Part shown: in pieces, positions 9,625 to 19,529 of the stretch
Layout: each line of letters starts with the position of its first letter
How positions within the stretch are numbered: the first letter of the stretch is position 1
Assembly (NCBI GenBank): GCA_031426395.1
Contig: JANPLG010000164.1
Span: 1-54,305 of the forward strand
Source: Actinomycetes bacterium
GTDB lineage: Bacteria; Armatimonadota; SYMT01
Direction: 5' to 3'
DNA: 54,305 nucleotides
Notes under the pieces: generated by a model
The model's database searches: none
What the model was told of the DNA's origin: nothing
Seen by the model: only the letters and a program-made list of their open reading frames with translations
Translations under genes and position numbers: made by a program

Positions 9625-10389
9625 TTAGTGAAGGTCGCCGAGCCGATGCTGGACTACCGTTAGGCCGACCAGCACCGCTGTCTCCGCGCGGAGGATCCGC
9701 CCCCCGAGACTTAGCGAGCGGGCGCCGCTCGCGTAGAGCAGCTCGCTTTCCGCATCCGACCAGCCGCCTTCCGGCCCGACCGCCAGTGCCACGCGTCGGG
9801 AGCCATGCTCCAGGGGATCGGTGCCCTTGAGCCGCTCATCCAGCCGCTCGTCCAGGACGAGGCGGAGGTCGGCGGCCGTCCATTCCGCAGCCTGGAGTGC
9901 ATCGCCAAGAGGGAGGACCGGGTGCAGGGCGGGGACGCTCCCGCGGCGGCATTGTTTCACCGCGCGCAGAATCTGACCGCGCCATGCGTGGGCCTTCTCA
10001 TGCTCCAGGCCGGCGAGTCCCACGCTCCGCTCCGTGAAGACAGGTTGTACGGCGGCCGCACCCAGCTCCGTCGCCTTCTGCATCACCTGCAGCATCCGCT
10101 GCCGAGCAAAGATGGCGCAGAGCAGCGTCAGATGGAGCCCAGACTCTGGAGCGATCCGCATCTGTTCAAAGACCAGTGCTTCACCGCCCGTTTCGCTGGC
10201 GTTGAGGAGATTGGCGCGGTACCAGTCATCCGCCGCGTCCTGGAGGGTGAAGCTCTCCTTCACGTTCACCTCGCGCAGCCGCAGTCCACGCACCAGATCA
10301 AAATCCAGCGGCACGGTTTGCCCCGCCGCAAGCTGCAACGGATGGCGGAGCGGAGGAAGGGCGATCAGTTCAGGGGAGAGTGGATGCAT
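9625..10389 (-). CDS. rsmE: 16S rRNA m3U1498 methyltransferase
   Basis: QKATELG, AVKQCRR, VGPEGGWS and LGGRILRAETA SPOUT motifs. Confidence 0.92.
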   Translation of the reverse strand: MHPLSPELIALPPLRHPLQLAAGQTVPLDFDLVRGLRLREVNVKESFTLQDAADDWYRANLLNASETGGEALVFEQMRIAPESGLHLTLLCAIFARQRMLQVMQKATELGAAAVQPVFTERSVGLAGLEHEKAHAWRGQILRAVKQCRRGSVPALHPVLPLGDALQAAEWTAADLRLVLDERLDERLKGTDPLEHGSRRVALAVGPEGGWSDAESELLYASGARSLSLGGRILRAETAVLVGLTVVQHRLGDLH

Positions 10390-10462
10390 GGGGGGCCAGT
10401 GATCTAGTGGTCGGTCAAGTTAGGAATGTGCTTTCCGGCATTGCCTCGATTCGTGGGCACTT

Positions 10463-10547
10463 GCGCCCTTCCAGGGCTTTCGAGATTCCTGCATCGGACA
10501 CCATGGGCGTGCGCCCCATGGCTACATGCTTTCGCCCCTCCGGGGCT
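10463..10547. repeat. Isolated REP-like element related to the array at 15.2-16.6 kb
   Basis: gcgcccttccagggct and ccatgggcgtgcgccccatggct...cgcccctccggggct show the same two-hairpin layout. Confidence 0.6.
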
Positions 10548-10731
10548 AGTGGGCGGCGAAACGTGGGCCGCAATTCCACCAAAGGCCGTTGGTAGCTGGC
10601 CTGCTAGGCAACGTACCTAGCTTGACCAGCCAATAGTCCCGGCCGCACCTCTGCACCGGGACCTTGCTCTGTTGACGCACGATATGCCAGCGCTCCTCCC
10701 TGGGACGACACCTCAAGTGGCGGCTACGGGT

Positions 10732-11718
10732 TCAGGCCGCGCGACGCATTGGCTCCCACGCGGTCGCGGTGCGCACCGGCTTGCGGGCCATCAAGAGGAA
10801 GCTCTCCGGCCCGTGGGTCCGGTGCAGGGTGTGGTGGACCGCCTTCCCGAGGAGCGCCCGAAGTCCCGTCTCCGAGTCCTCATCGGGATTGGGCACCTCC
10901 CCGGTGAAGGCGCGCGCCACCGGCTCCAGCCCGTGCCGCCGAAGCAGCGCTGAGGCCGAGTCTGGCGTGAAGTGCCAGCGGGCGTGGCGGACACCCGCGT
11001 AGTCGTCCCGTGTGGCGGGGCGCCAACCGAGCAGGCCGTGCGCTGCCTGGAAGAATTGGGGTGGCCGGTGCATCGACTTCACCACGAGCACGCCGCCGTC
11101 GATCAGCCGCCGCTGAAGCGCCGCGAGCTCACGGTTAGGGTCCGGTACCACGAAGAGGCTGTCCCAGAAGGAAACCACACTGAACCGATCGGTGTCGTCC
11201 GAAACATCCCCCGCCTCCCCCGCATCGCCGCCCTCCCGACCAGATGGTTCCGGAAGCTCCGAGGCCGCGCTGCAGGAGTAACGACCTTCAGGGGCCATGC
11301 GCCTCGCCCGTTCCACCGCTGCGGGCGCAGGGTCGATCCCCGTGACCTCCCATCCCCGATCCAATGCCGCCCGCGCGAAGTAGCCGCCGCCGCACCCAAC
11401 ATCGAGCCAGTGGTTGCCGCGTGCTTCGCGGCGGAACCCAATCTCGCTCAGGTGTTGCTCCACCCACTCCAGGTGGCGGGCGAAATCACGGACCATCCCT
11501 GCGGCACGCGGTTCGTAGTGGCGCTTGTAGTAGTCGTCGGTGAAGCGTTCGTCCGGCGCCGTGTCGTGCGTCGGCGGGACGGTCCAAACTACGCCGCATC
11601 CGGGCTCCTCCCCCGTCCCGCTCCCAGACCCGGCCTCGCAGCGGTACGTGGCCCGCTCCCCGTTCCAGAGTTGGAGAGAAGGGGCACCGCAGAGTGAGCA
11701 GGGTTCGTGATGACGCAT
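10732..11718 (-). CDS. Class I SAM-dependent methyltransferase with N-terminal Cys motif
   Basis: CSLCG, WLDVGCGGG, GIDP and LIDGGVLV; the true gene is the 3' third of the 1008-aa ORF. Confidence 0.85.
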   Translation of the reverse strand: MRHHEPCSLCGAPSLQLWNGERATYRCEAGSGSGTGEEPGCGVVWTVPPTHDTAPDERFTDDYYKRHYEPRAAGMVRDFARHLEWVEQHLSEIGFRREARGNHWLDVGCGGGYFARAALDRGWEVTGIDPAPAAVERARRMAPEGRYSCSAASELPEPSGREGGDAGEAGDVSDDTDRFSVVSFWDSLFVVPDPNRELAALQRRLIDGGVLVVKSMHRPPQFFQAAHGLLGWRPATRDDYAGVRHARWHFTPDSASALLRRHGLEPVARAFTGEVPNPDEDSETGLRALLGKAVHHTLHRTHGPESFLLMARKPVRTATAWEPMRRAA

Positions 11719-12030
11719 GGACCTCCGGTGCTGGAGAAGGGCAAAGCAGGAGAAAGGCAGGGTGGGGGAACTGCACTCGTGAGTACCCCGACAACTCGTG
11801 GGCCAAACGCCTGCCGAGTTGGGGGTTGGATAGGTCGAAGCTCGCAATTGGCAGTTCATCGAACGGTCGCTAGTGGCTCCCTGGATGACCGGTCGCATCC
11901 CCGGCTGCGGCTGGCACTGCCGGACTGCGGGCGGAGGTCCGCAATCGGTTAGAATGGCTCCGCTTGCTGCTATCTCTCGCCGCTCTCTCTCGGCGCTATC
12001 TAGCGCCCTGAGGCCTCCCCGAATCCCCGC

Positions 12031-13749
12031 ATGGCACTCCTCATCGACGGGCTGATCATCATCGTTTACTTCGTGGCGATCACCGCCATCGGGCTCTACA
12101 TGGGCCGGCGGGAGCACAGCCTCCACGACTTCGCGCTGGGCGGACGGAAGGTGCCGTGGTGGGCGGTGATGGCGAGCATCATCGCCGCCGAGACCAGCGC
12201 GGCGACCTTTCTCGGCACACCGGGCGAAGGCTTCGACAAGAAAAACCTCGCCTACGTGCAGCTCGTCTTCGGCCTGATCCTGGGGCGGATGATCGTGGGC
12301 TACGTCTTCCTGAAGCCGTACTACGCCTACAAGGTGTACACCGTCTACGACTACCTCGGCGTGCGCTTCGGTCCCCGCAGCAAGTCGTTCATCTCCGGCC
12401 TCTTCCTGATCATGCGGACCCTGGCGAGCGGGACCCGGCTCTTCATCCCTTCCCTGGTGATGGTGCTGGCATGGCGGCTCTTCACGGACGGCAGCGTCGA
12501 GTACAGCCAGACCGCGGTCACCAGCGTCTGGCCCTACCTCATCGCCATCACGCTGCTGACGATTCTGACCTGCGCCTACACCGCCATCGGTGGCATCAAG
12601 GCCGTCATCTGGACGGACGTGTTCCAGGCAGCCCTGATGTTCGGCAGCGCGATCATCGCCATCGTGACGCTGCTGCAGCACATCGGAGGGATCGGGCCGG
12701 TGCTCGAGGCCGCTCCCGCCCTGGGCCGTCTGGACGGTTACATCCTCACCGGCTTCGAGAACAAGCCACCCAAGGATCTCTGGGATGGGTTCAAGACGAT
12801 CCTTGCGAGCGACTACACCATCTTCACGGCGCTGATCGGCAGCACGCTGGGCAGCATGGCCGCCTTTGGAACGGACCAGGACATGGTCCAGCGGATGCTC
12901 TCTTCGGAGACCTACCAGAAGGCGCGGCGGAGCATGATTACCTCCGCGATCATGGACATTCCGATTGCGGCGGCGTTCACCTTCATCGGCATTCTGCTCT
13001 TCGCCTACTACCAGATGGAGCCGAAGTTCCTTCCGGTCGACGCCACGGGCAAGGCGGTCAACAGCGACGTGTTCGGGAACTACATCCTGAACGTGATGCC
13101 GGTCGGCATCCGCGGCCTCGTGCTGGCGGGAGTCTTCGCCACGGCGATGGGCAGCTTCTCCGCCGCGCTGAACGCCCTGGCCACCAGCGCCACCAACGAC
13201 TGGTACATTCCGCGGAGGCCCGGAAAGACGGAAGAGCATTACGTGAAGGCGGCGCGAATATTCACCGTCATCTTTGCCCTGCTGATGATCGTCATCGCGG
13301 GGGGCTTTGCCTATGCGAAGGTGAATGACCCGAACATTCGCATCATCCCGGTGGTGCTGGGCATCGCCAACTTCATCCTGGGGCCGATGCTGGGGGTCTT
13401 CCTCATCGGGATGTTCACCAAGAACCGGGGCTCCGACCGGGGCAACGTGATCGCGGTCATCTGCGGCCTCACGGCCACCATCTTCCTGGGCGACCTTCAC
13501 ATCACCTTCGCTAACCTGATGGGACCCGCTTTCGGGATGGTGGAGCCGTGGGCCCGGCCGGAATGGCTGCCCAAGATCTCCTTCATGTGGTTCGCGATGA
13601 TCGGGGCGGTGGTGGTGTTCACGGTCGGCATGTTCTTCAAGACCCCGCCGGAGGTGCTGGAAGAAGCCAAGAGGCAGGCCGAGGAAGCAGCCAGCGGAGA
13701 CGACCGCCCGATGGCGATGCGGGATCAGCCACGGATCAGCCTGGAGTAG
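12031..13749 (+). CDS. Sodium:solute symporter (SSS family)
   Basis: AAETSAATFLGTPG, GGIKAVIWTDVFQ and GTDQDMVQRML; many transmembrane segments. Confidence 0.95.
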   Translation: MALLIDGLIIIVYFVAITAIGLYMGRREHSLHDFALGGRKVPWWAVMASIIAAETSAATFLGTPGEGFDKKNLAYVQLVFGLILGRMIVGYVFLKPYYAYKVYTVYDYLGVRFGPRSKSFISGLFLIMRTLASGTRLFIPSLVMVLAWRLFTDGSVEYSQTAVTSVWPYLIAITLLTILTCAYTAIGGIKAVIWTDVFQAALMFGSAIIAIVTLLQHIGGIGPVLEAAPALGRLDGYILTGFENKPPKDLWDGFKTILASDYTIFTALIGSTLGSMAAFGTDQDMVQRMLSSETYQKARRSMITSAIMDIPIAAAFTFIGILLFAYYQMEPKFLPVDATGKAVNSDVFGNYILNVMPVGIRGLVLAGVFATAMGSFSAALNALATSATNDWYIPRRPGKTEEHYVKAARIFTVIFALLMIVIAGGFAYAKVNDPNIRIIPVVLGIANFILGPMLGVFLIGMFTKNRGSDRGNVIAVICGLTATIFLGDLHITFANLMGPAFGMVEPWARPEWLPKISFMWFAMIGAVVVFTVGMFFKTPPEVLEEAKRQAEEAASGDDRPMAMRDQPRISLE

Positions 13750-13756
13750 CCCGCCC

Positions 13757-13944
13757 ATTGCGGAATGCGGAATGCGGAGTGCGGAATGCGGATTGCGCGC
13801 CAGGCATGTGGGGATGTGTGGGTGTTTGGGTGTGTGGGGCGCGGAACGTAAGGTTTCTGAAGGTCCCAGAAAAACAGACCGGGGGGGACACCACCACCAC
13901 CACCGACCTGCGGGTTTCTGGTTCCTGGTTTCTAGTTTCTGGTT
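13757..13944. repeat. Cluster of short tandem arrays: (GCGGAAT)n, (GTGTGGGT)-like and (GGTTTCT)-like
   Basis: attgcggaatgcggaatgcggagtgcggaatgcggattg at 13757-13795; gtgggatgtgtgggtgtttgggtgtgtggg at ~13808-13838; ggtttctggttcctggtttctagtttctggtt at ~13913-13944. Confidence 0.85.
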
Positions 13945-14077
13945 GGTGGGTGGACCGGAGACCCCGGGTCATTCCCCGGTCAGGCATGACCGCCGCAACT
14001 GGCTCCCTGTCGCGACCGAGGGAATCCCGCGTAGATCCCAGGCGTGGCTGCACCGAAGGGACGGTCACCGGATGGTG

Positions 14078-14440
14078 AACCGCCAAGTCGCCAAGGACGC
14101 CAAGAGGGGGAAGAGAGGGCCGCAGAGTTGTTGGTCCAGGGCGTTCACGATTGTGCCGGTGGGTTGCATGCATCACGCGCAGGGGCGTGGTTCCCTGGAC
14201 CCTCGTAGGGCAGTTGGCGCACGCGCCGGACGAGGGGATGCCAAGGGTGACGGAGGGTGGTGCGGGGCAGGATCGGTCCTGGTTGGCGGTAGGCGGTGCG
14301 GGAGCCAGGCAACCGTCGTCATTCCCGGCGAGGGACGGCTGGGGGCGTGGTCCCTGTGCGCTCCGGGAATCCAGGGCACGGCCATCTGGGGCGTAGGCGG
14401 TCCCGGAGATGGGAACCGCCAAGGCGCCAAGGACGCCAAG
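14078..14440 (+). repeat. Two copies of AACCGCCAAGnCGCCAAGGACGCCAAG
   Basis: 14078-14104 and 14414-14440 differ by one mismatch. Confidence 0.8.
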
Positions 14441-14565
14441 TGCAGACGGAGCGAGGGGGCGAGGGAGAGAGGGAGCGACGTGGCGTGGCGTCAGGCCGTG
14501 GTATGGCTCGTCCGGGCCAAGTTTAGCGTTTCGGCTAAGGGGGTGGGTGCGGGCGAGGGGGTGCA

Positions 14566-15078
14566 TCAGGCCACCTCCCTCTGGTTTTCCTGGGCGCGGG
14601 TGGCGGCGCGGAGGTGCTGGCGGAGCTGGGCGATGGTCTGGCGTTGCTGGTCGGTGGTCTGGCGGGACTGCTGGAGGCGGCGTTCCAACTCCGTGGTGCG
14701 GGTGGTGGCCTCGGCGAGTTCCGCCTCCAGGGTGCGGAGGCGCTGCTGGAGTCCGCGGACGCCGATGGAGCGGAGGAGGACGCCGGCGGAGGTGCAGAGG
14801 GCGTGCGCGCGGGCGGTGTCTGCCCGAGGCACGGTGGCAAGGTAGTTGGAGACGCTCACCATGAGGCGGTGGACGTCGTCGACGGATTCCAGGGTGGCGG
14901 GCTCTGGGAGGATGGTCGCCGGTTCCCCAGAGGGCGGAGCGGCGGTCCCTTCCCGGAGGCCGGTGGCGCGCTCCGCCTCGCGCGCGGGGTCATGGTGCCA
15001 GCAGTAGCCGGTCTGCTTGCTGGCGTAGCCACGGCAGGCGACGCCGTCCGGACGGACAAAGGCGCAGTAGACCGACAT
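14566..15078 (-). CDS. Hypothetical protein with N-terminal CCCH zinc motif and C-terminal coiled coil
   Basis: CAFVRPDGVACRGYASKQTGYCWHH; heptad-rich LQQRLRTLEAELAEA...; GGAG upstream. Confidence 0.7.
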   Translation of the reverse strand: MSVYCAFVRPDGVACRGYASKQTGYCWHHDPAREAERATGLREGTAAPPSGEPATILPEPATLESVDDVHRLMVSVSNYLATVPRADTARAHALCTSAGVLLRSIGVRGLQQRLRTLEAELAEATTRTTELERRLQQSRQTTDQQRQTIAQLRQHLRAATRAQENQREVA

Positions 15079-15200
15079 GGCAGTGATCTCCGGTCACGGG
15101 GCGGGGGTGGCGCCCAGGGGTTCCTTCGATCACGTAGCGTGTGGGAGTGGGGGTTTGTCCGATGGGTTTACGCCCCTTCGACCACTATCGGTTCTGAAAC

Positions 15201-16596
15201 TGAACCCGGCTCTGGACCACCCAGGGCGGTGCCCTGGGCTGGCGTATTGCGCCCCTTCAGGGCTGGGGTGTGATGGGGCCTCGGTCCCAGGGCACCGCCC
15301 TCGGGCTCTCGCTGTGGCGCCTCACCGCTCTGGACAGCAGAGGCGATCCCCGCCTATGCCTTGGGCTCGGTTGTCGTCGAGCCGTACAATCAAGCATTCC
15401 CTGTCCTCAACCAGTAGCGATGCCGCAATCTCTCTCCCGACTCCACATCCACCTGATTTTCAGCACCAAGCATCGGGAGCCTTGGATCACCGATGCTGTG
15501 CGGCCTGAGTTGCACGCCTACATGGCGCAGATTCTGAAGGCCCATCGGTGCACGCCAGTGCTGATCAACTCCGTGGAGGACCACGTCCACCTTCTCATCG
15601 ACCTCGCCCGCACCGTCACGGTCAGCAAGGTCGTCGAGGATCTGAAGGTCGACTCCTCGAAATGGATCAAGACCCAGGGACCGGAGTTCGCCGGTTTCGC
15701 ATGGCAGGGTGGATATGGGGCGTTTGCCATCTCAGAGGTTCATTTGAATCGCGTGGGCACCTACATCGCCAGGCAGCAGGAGCACCACCGCACGGAATCG
15801 TTCCAGGACGAATGCCGCGCCCTGTTTCAGTCGGAGGGGATCGCCTACGACGAGCGGTACGTCTGGGACTGAACCCGGCTCTCGAACACCCAGGACGGTG
15901 CCCTGGGCTGGCGTAGTACGCCCCTTCAGGGCTGGACGGTACCGGACAACCGAGCACCCAGGGCGGTGCCCTGGGCTGGCATAGTACGCCCCTTCAGGGC
16001 TGGGCATTACGTATGGCTTGAACGCACAGCGCTGGCGTATTGCGCCCGTTTGGGGCTGACCGACTGGTACGCCCGGTCATGATCTCAATACCCCGTCGTT
16101 CCGCACCGATGCCTCCACCGGTCGCCTTGCAACGAATGGTACCTACCCGTATACCGTGTGAACCCCAGCCCCAACGGGGCGAGATAAGCTAGCCCAGGGC
16201 ATCGCCCTGGGACCTGTCGTCTCGTACAACCCACAGCCCTGAAGGGGCGCAATACGCTAGCCCAGGGCACCGCCCTGGGACTCGCCCCCAGAGCCCCGCC
16301 CCGGGATGCCACCACCCCTCTGCATCGCAGACGCGCTGCCTCTGAGGGGCCAGGGCATTGCCATCCATCAACGCTACGCCTGCCCCTGAACCCGGCTCTC
16401 GACCACCCAGGGCGATGCCCTGGGCTGCCTTATCGCGCCCCTCCAGGGCTGGGGTTATGGTGAGGCCTCGGTCCCAGGGCTCTGCCCTGGGCTGCCTTAT
16501 TGCGCCCCTTCAGGGCTGGACGGTTCCTATGGGCCGGACGCACGGCGTCACAGCCCCACCAGGACGTACTACGATAGCCCAGGGCACCGCCCTGGG
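15201..16596. repeat. REP-like palindromic array (about 10 copies, both orientations) flanking the Y1 transposase
   Basis: Unit CCCAGGGC-n3/4-GCCCTGGGCT-n-CGCCCCTTCAGGGCT at 15220, 15286, 15889, 15957, 16031 (partial), 16406 and 16473; inverted copies at 16167, 16235 and 16552. Confidence 0.9.
15420..15872 (+). mobile_element. tnpA: IS200/IS605-family Y1 HUH transposase (REP-associated, RAYT-like)
   Basis: MPQSLSRLHIHLIFSTKHR, DHVHLL (HUH), FAWQGGYGAF and catalytic Y in YIARQQEHH; no tnpB nearby. Confidence 0.92.
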
Positions 16597-18688
16597 GACA
16601 TGGGCGAACGCTAGGCCAGGGCATACGTCCGGACAAGAACCACATCCCAGACGCTCTGCCTCTGAGGGGCCAACTGAGGCCTCCCGAGGAGGCAGAGGTG
16701 GACGGCACGAGATCGAGGCGACTGCGGAAGAGACGGAGTTTGGGCGGTGGCTGGAGCAGGTGAGCCCCGGCATGGCCTGGAACCCCCGGCACCTGCGCTC
16801 CCTGCAGGCGGAGTTGGAGCGCATCTGGCTGGGACAGACTGACCGGCTGATGCTCTTCCTGCCGCCCCGCAACGGCAAGAGCGAGCTGTGCACCGTCCGC
16901 TTTCCGCTCTACCTGCTGGAGCGGGAGGCGGATCGGCGCATCGTGGTCGGCGCGTACAACCAGTCGCTGGCGGAACGGCTCAGCCCTCGCAGCCGCCGCC
17001 TGGCGCGGGAACTGGAGCGGGAAGGCCGGCTGGCCCTCTCCGCAGAGCGCAGGACCGCCGCCGATTGGGAGACCGCCGCCGGGGGTGGAATTCGGGCGGT
17101 CGGCGTGGGGAGCGGCGTCACCGGCCTGGGCGCGGACCTGATCCTGATCGACGACCCGGTCAAGAGCCGGGAGGAGGCGGAGAGCCGCGCCTACCGGGAC
17201 CGCGTCTGGGACTGGTACCGGGATGACCTGTACACCCGCCTGGAGCCGGGCGGCGCCATCGTCCTGATCATGACCCGCTGGCATGAAGACGACCTCGCCG
17301 GCCGCATCCTCACCAGCGAGGACGCCGGAACCTGGCGCGTGGTGCGGCTGCCGGCGATAGCGGAGGGTTCGTGCGTTGGGGCGTCCCGGTGCGTGGGGTC
17401 GGGCCTCGTGCAGGCTGAATGGGAGAATGGGAGAGTGGGGGAATGGGAGAGGTCTCGTGCGGAGGCGGCGCTTGGGGCCGGTGCGGTTCGCCTCGATCTT
17501 GATGAAAGGGAGAATGGGAGAATGGGGGAATGGGAGACCCTGGGGGCGGAGACGGCTCCCACTCTTGCATTCGCCGACTCCCCCATCCAGAACGGCAAGG
17601 TTGGACAGCGATTGGGGCAGGACCCGCCAGAGCCAGCGGCACCCGTAACGGCACCCAACTCCCCCATTCTCCCACTCACCCATTCCCCCATTCAAAAGGG
17701 ACGCGAGGAGCAGCCTCACGGTCTCGGATTCTCAACGATCGGAGCCGACTGGCGGACCGCAGGCGAAGCGCTCTGGCCGGAGCGGTTTCCGGTCACGGAA
17801 CTGGAGCGGACGCGGCGGGTGCTGGGGGAGCGGAGCTTCTCGGCGCTCTACCAGGGGCGGCCGCAGCCGGCGGAGGGCGGGCTTTTCCGGCGGGAGTGGT
17901 TCCGCGTGGTGGACCGGGTGCCGGCAGGGCTGCGGTGGGTCCGCTTCTGGGACACTGCGGCCAAGGCGACGGAGCGCAGCGACTACTGGGCCGGGGTGCT
18001 GGCGGCGCGGTCGGCGGATGGGAACTGGTACCTGCGGGGGATGGTCCGCGGCCGGTGGGAGTACCCGCAGGCCAAGCAGGTGGTGCTGCAGACCGCCGAG
18101 GCGGATGGGCCAGGGGTGGTGGCCGGTATCGAGGACTCCGCCAACGGGTCGGCGCTGATCCAGGACCTGCGGCGGGATCCACGCGGGGCGCGGTTTCCGT
18201 GGGTGCCGGTGCGCGTCTCGGCGGAGAAGGCGGTCCGCGCCGGGACCTGGGCCAGCCTGGCCGAGGGCGGACTGGTCCACCTGGAGGCCGGCCCCTGGAC
18301 GGCGGCGTTCCTGGACGAGGTCGAGAGCTTCCCCTGGGGCAAGCATGACGACCAGGTCGACGCTGTCAGCGGCGCGGTAGAGTTGGTGCTGCGGCAGGGA
18401 ACGGTGCACCGGCCAAGGTCACTCGTCGGACCGCCGCGTAGCGCCTGGCTGCCGGGATGGGTCATCCCCCCATGCCTTCGCGGTATCGGTCGATGGATCT
18501 CGGTGCGGTGCGGTGATCTCATTCGCGAAACGCTGCCACACCGGGCGCCCCGGAGAAGGCGGCATCCGGTCTCGGCCTGGGTGCGCCGCGACGTTGCGAA
18601 GCGACCCGCAACAGTAGGGGGCGCCACTGTGAGCAAAGAGCGTTCCGAAGACTGCACTAGGCTACGGTCGATTGCTTGCCGATTATAA
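16529..18688 (+). CDS. Phage terminase large subunit-like protein (start uncertain; in-frame insertion)
   Basis: Walker A LPPRNGKSE, Walker B LILIDDP, IMTRWHEDDLAG; nuclease motifs RFWDTA, GIED and FPWGKHDDQVDA. Confidence 0.85.
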   Translation: MGRTHGVTAPPGRTTIAQGTALGTWANARPGHTSGQEPHPRRSASEGPTEASRGGRGGRHEIEATAEETEFGRWLEQVSPGMAWNPRHLRSLQAELERIWLGQTDRLMLFLPPRNGKSELCTVRFPLYLLEREADRRIVVGAYNQSLAERLSPRSRRLARELEREGRLALSAERRTAADWETAAGGGIRAVGVGSGVTGLGADLILIDDPVKSREEAESRAYRDRVWDWYRDDLYTRLEPGGAIVLIMTRWHEDDLAGRILTSEDAGTWRVVRLPAIAEGSCVGASRCVGSGLVQAEWENGRVGEWERSRAEAALGAGAVRLDLDERENGRMGEWETLGAETAPTLAFADSPIQNGKVGQRLGQDPPEPAAPVTAPNSPILPLTHSPIQKGREEQPHGLGFSTIGADWRTAGEALWPERFPVTELERTRRVLGERSFSALYQGRPQPAEGGLFRREWFRVVDRVPAGLRWVRFWDTAAKATERSDYWAGVLAARSADGNWYLRGMVRGRWEYPQAKQVVLQTAEADGPGVVAGIEDSANGSALIQDLRRDPRGARFPWVPVRVSAEKAVRAGTWASLAEGGLVHLEAGPWTAAFLDEVESFPWGKHDDQVDAVSGAVELVLRQGTVHRPRSLVGPPRSAWLPGWVIPPCLRGIGRWISVRCGDLIRETLPHRAPRRRRHPVSAWVRRDVAKRPATVGGATVSKERSEDCTRLRSIACRL

Positions 18689-18917
18689 CTCCAGTGGTTG
18701 CTTGCCCCAGATGACGCCGATCGATGCGTGACTCCCCCCTTGGCTTCCTCCAGGGATGATGGGATTTGCATCTTTTGGGTGAGGATGCGGGCCGTGGCTG
18801 CCACTATCTAGCAAGCGAGCTTTCCTCCGGATCGGGAGGAGTGCTCCAGTGTATTACCCGTGGTCGTCAGGCCGACGAAGTCGGTACGGCTCCGCCTTCC
18901 GAAGAGAACGCTCGTCC

Positions 18918-19394
18918 ATGTCCTCAAACTTGCCCCCGCGGGCACGACACTCCGACCTTATTGTCCGAGAGATCGGTGACGAGACCCTGGTCTACGACCT
19001 GCGCACGCACCACGCCCACGCACTGAACGTTTCCGCATCGCTCATCTGGCGCTCTTGCGATGGATCGCTTGCGGAGAGCGGGCTCGCGCAACGGCTCAGC
19101 GAGGGCACCGGGCTGCCCGCCGATTCCGAGATGGTGCAGCTCGCGCTACGGCAATTGAGCGAAGCGGATCTGCTTGAAGCTCCGGCCGGCGGTGAAAGTC
19201 GCATCTCCAGGCGAGAGCTGGCGCAGCGCCTTCAACTGGTTGGAGCGCTCGCCCTCCTGGTCCCGGCGGTTGAGTCAGTGATCGCTCCGCGCGCCGCCGA
19301 TGCCGCTTCCGCGTGCTCTGGCAAAGGCGAGTCGTGCATCACCCGGCCATGCTGCCCGCCGATGATCTGCAACTTCGCGGGGATCTGCGAGTAG
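18918..19394 (+). CDS. PqqD/RRE-domain protein fused to an SRR-hydrophobic segment and a 6-Cys knottin-like tail
   Basis: REIGDETLVYD..AHALN..A..IW..CDG..LRQLSEADLL (PqqD pattern); ISRRELAQ..LALLVPAVESVIAP..AAS; CSGKGESCITRPCCPPMICNFAGICE. Confidence 0.85.
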   Translation: MSSNLPPRARHSDLIVREIGDETLVYDLRTHHAHALNVSASLIWRSCDGSLAESGLAQRLSEGTGLPADSEMVQLALRQLSEADLLEAPAGGESRISRRELAQRLQLVGALALLVPAVESVIAPRAADAASACSGKGESCITRPCCPPMICNFAGICE

Positions 19395-19529
19395 CCGTTC
19401 CGGCCTATCGTCCCTGATTGGCGACCGTCGCGATGGCGCCTTCCCGATCCGCATTCCGCCGTCGCCGCTCTCAGGAGCCGCCCGATGAACGGTCCCATCA
19501 TGCTCTTCTTGTCCACAAGTAAAGTCTCA

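Noticed and set aside
10732-13758. 1008-aa minus-strand ORF
   Set aside because: Its 5' two-thirds is the antisense shadow of the SSS symporter; only 10732-11718 has methyltransferase motifs
13736-14566. 276-aa ORF overlapping the stop of the zinc-finger gene
   Set aside because: Low-complexity translation of repeat DNA with no recognisable motifs
15201-16596. CRISPR array
   Set aside because: Repeats are degenerate, occur in both orientations, are irregularly spaced and have no cas genes; they fit REPs
17365-17745. Intein or group I/II intron in the terminase
   Set aside because: No C-terminal His-Asn splice motif, no homing endonuclease and no recognisable intron core; the insert is repeat-derived
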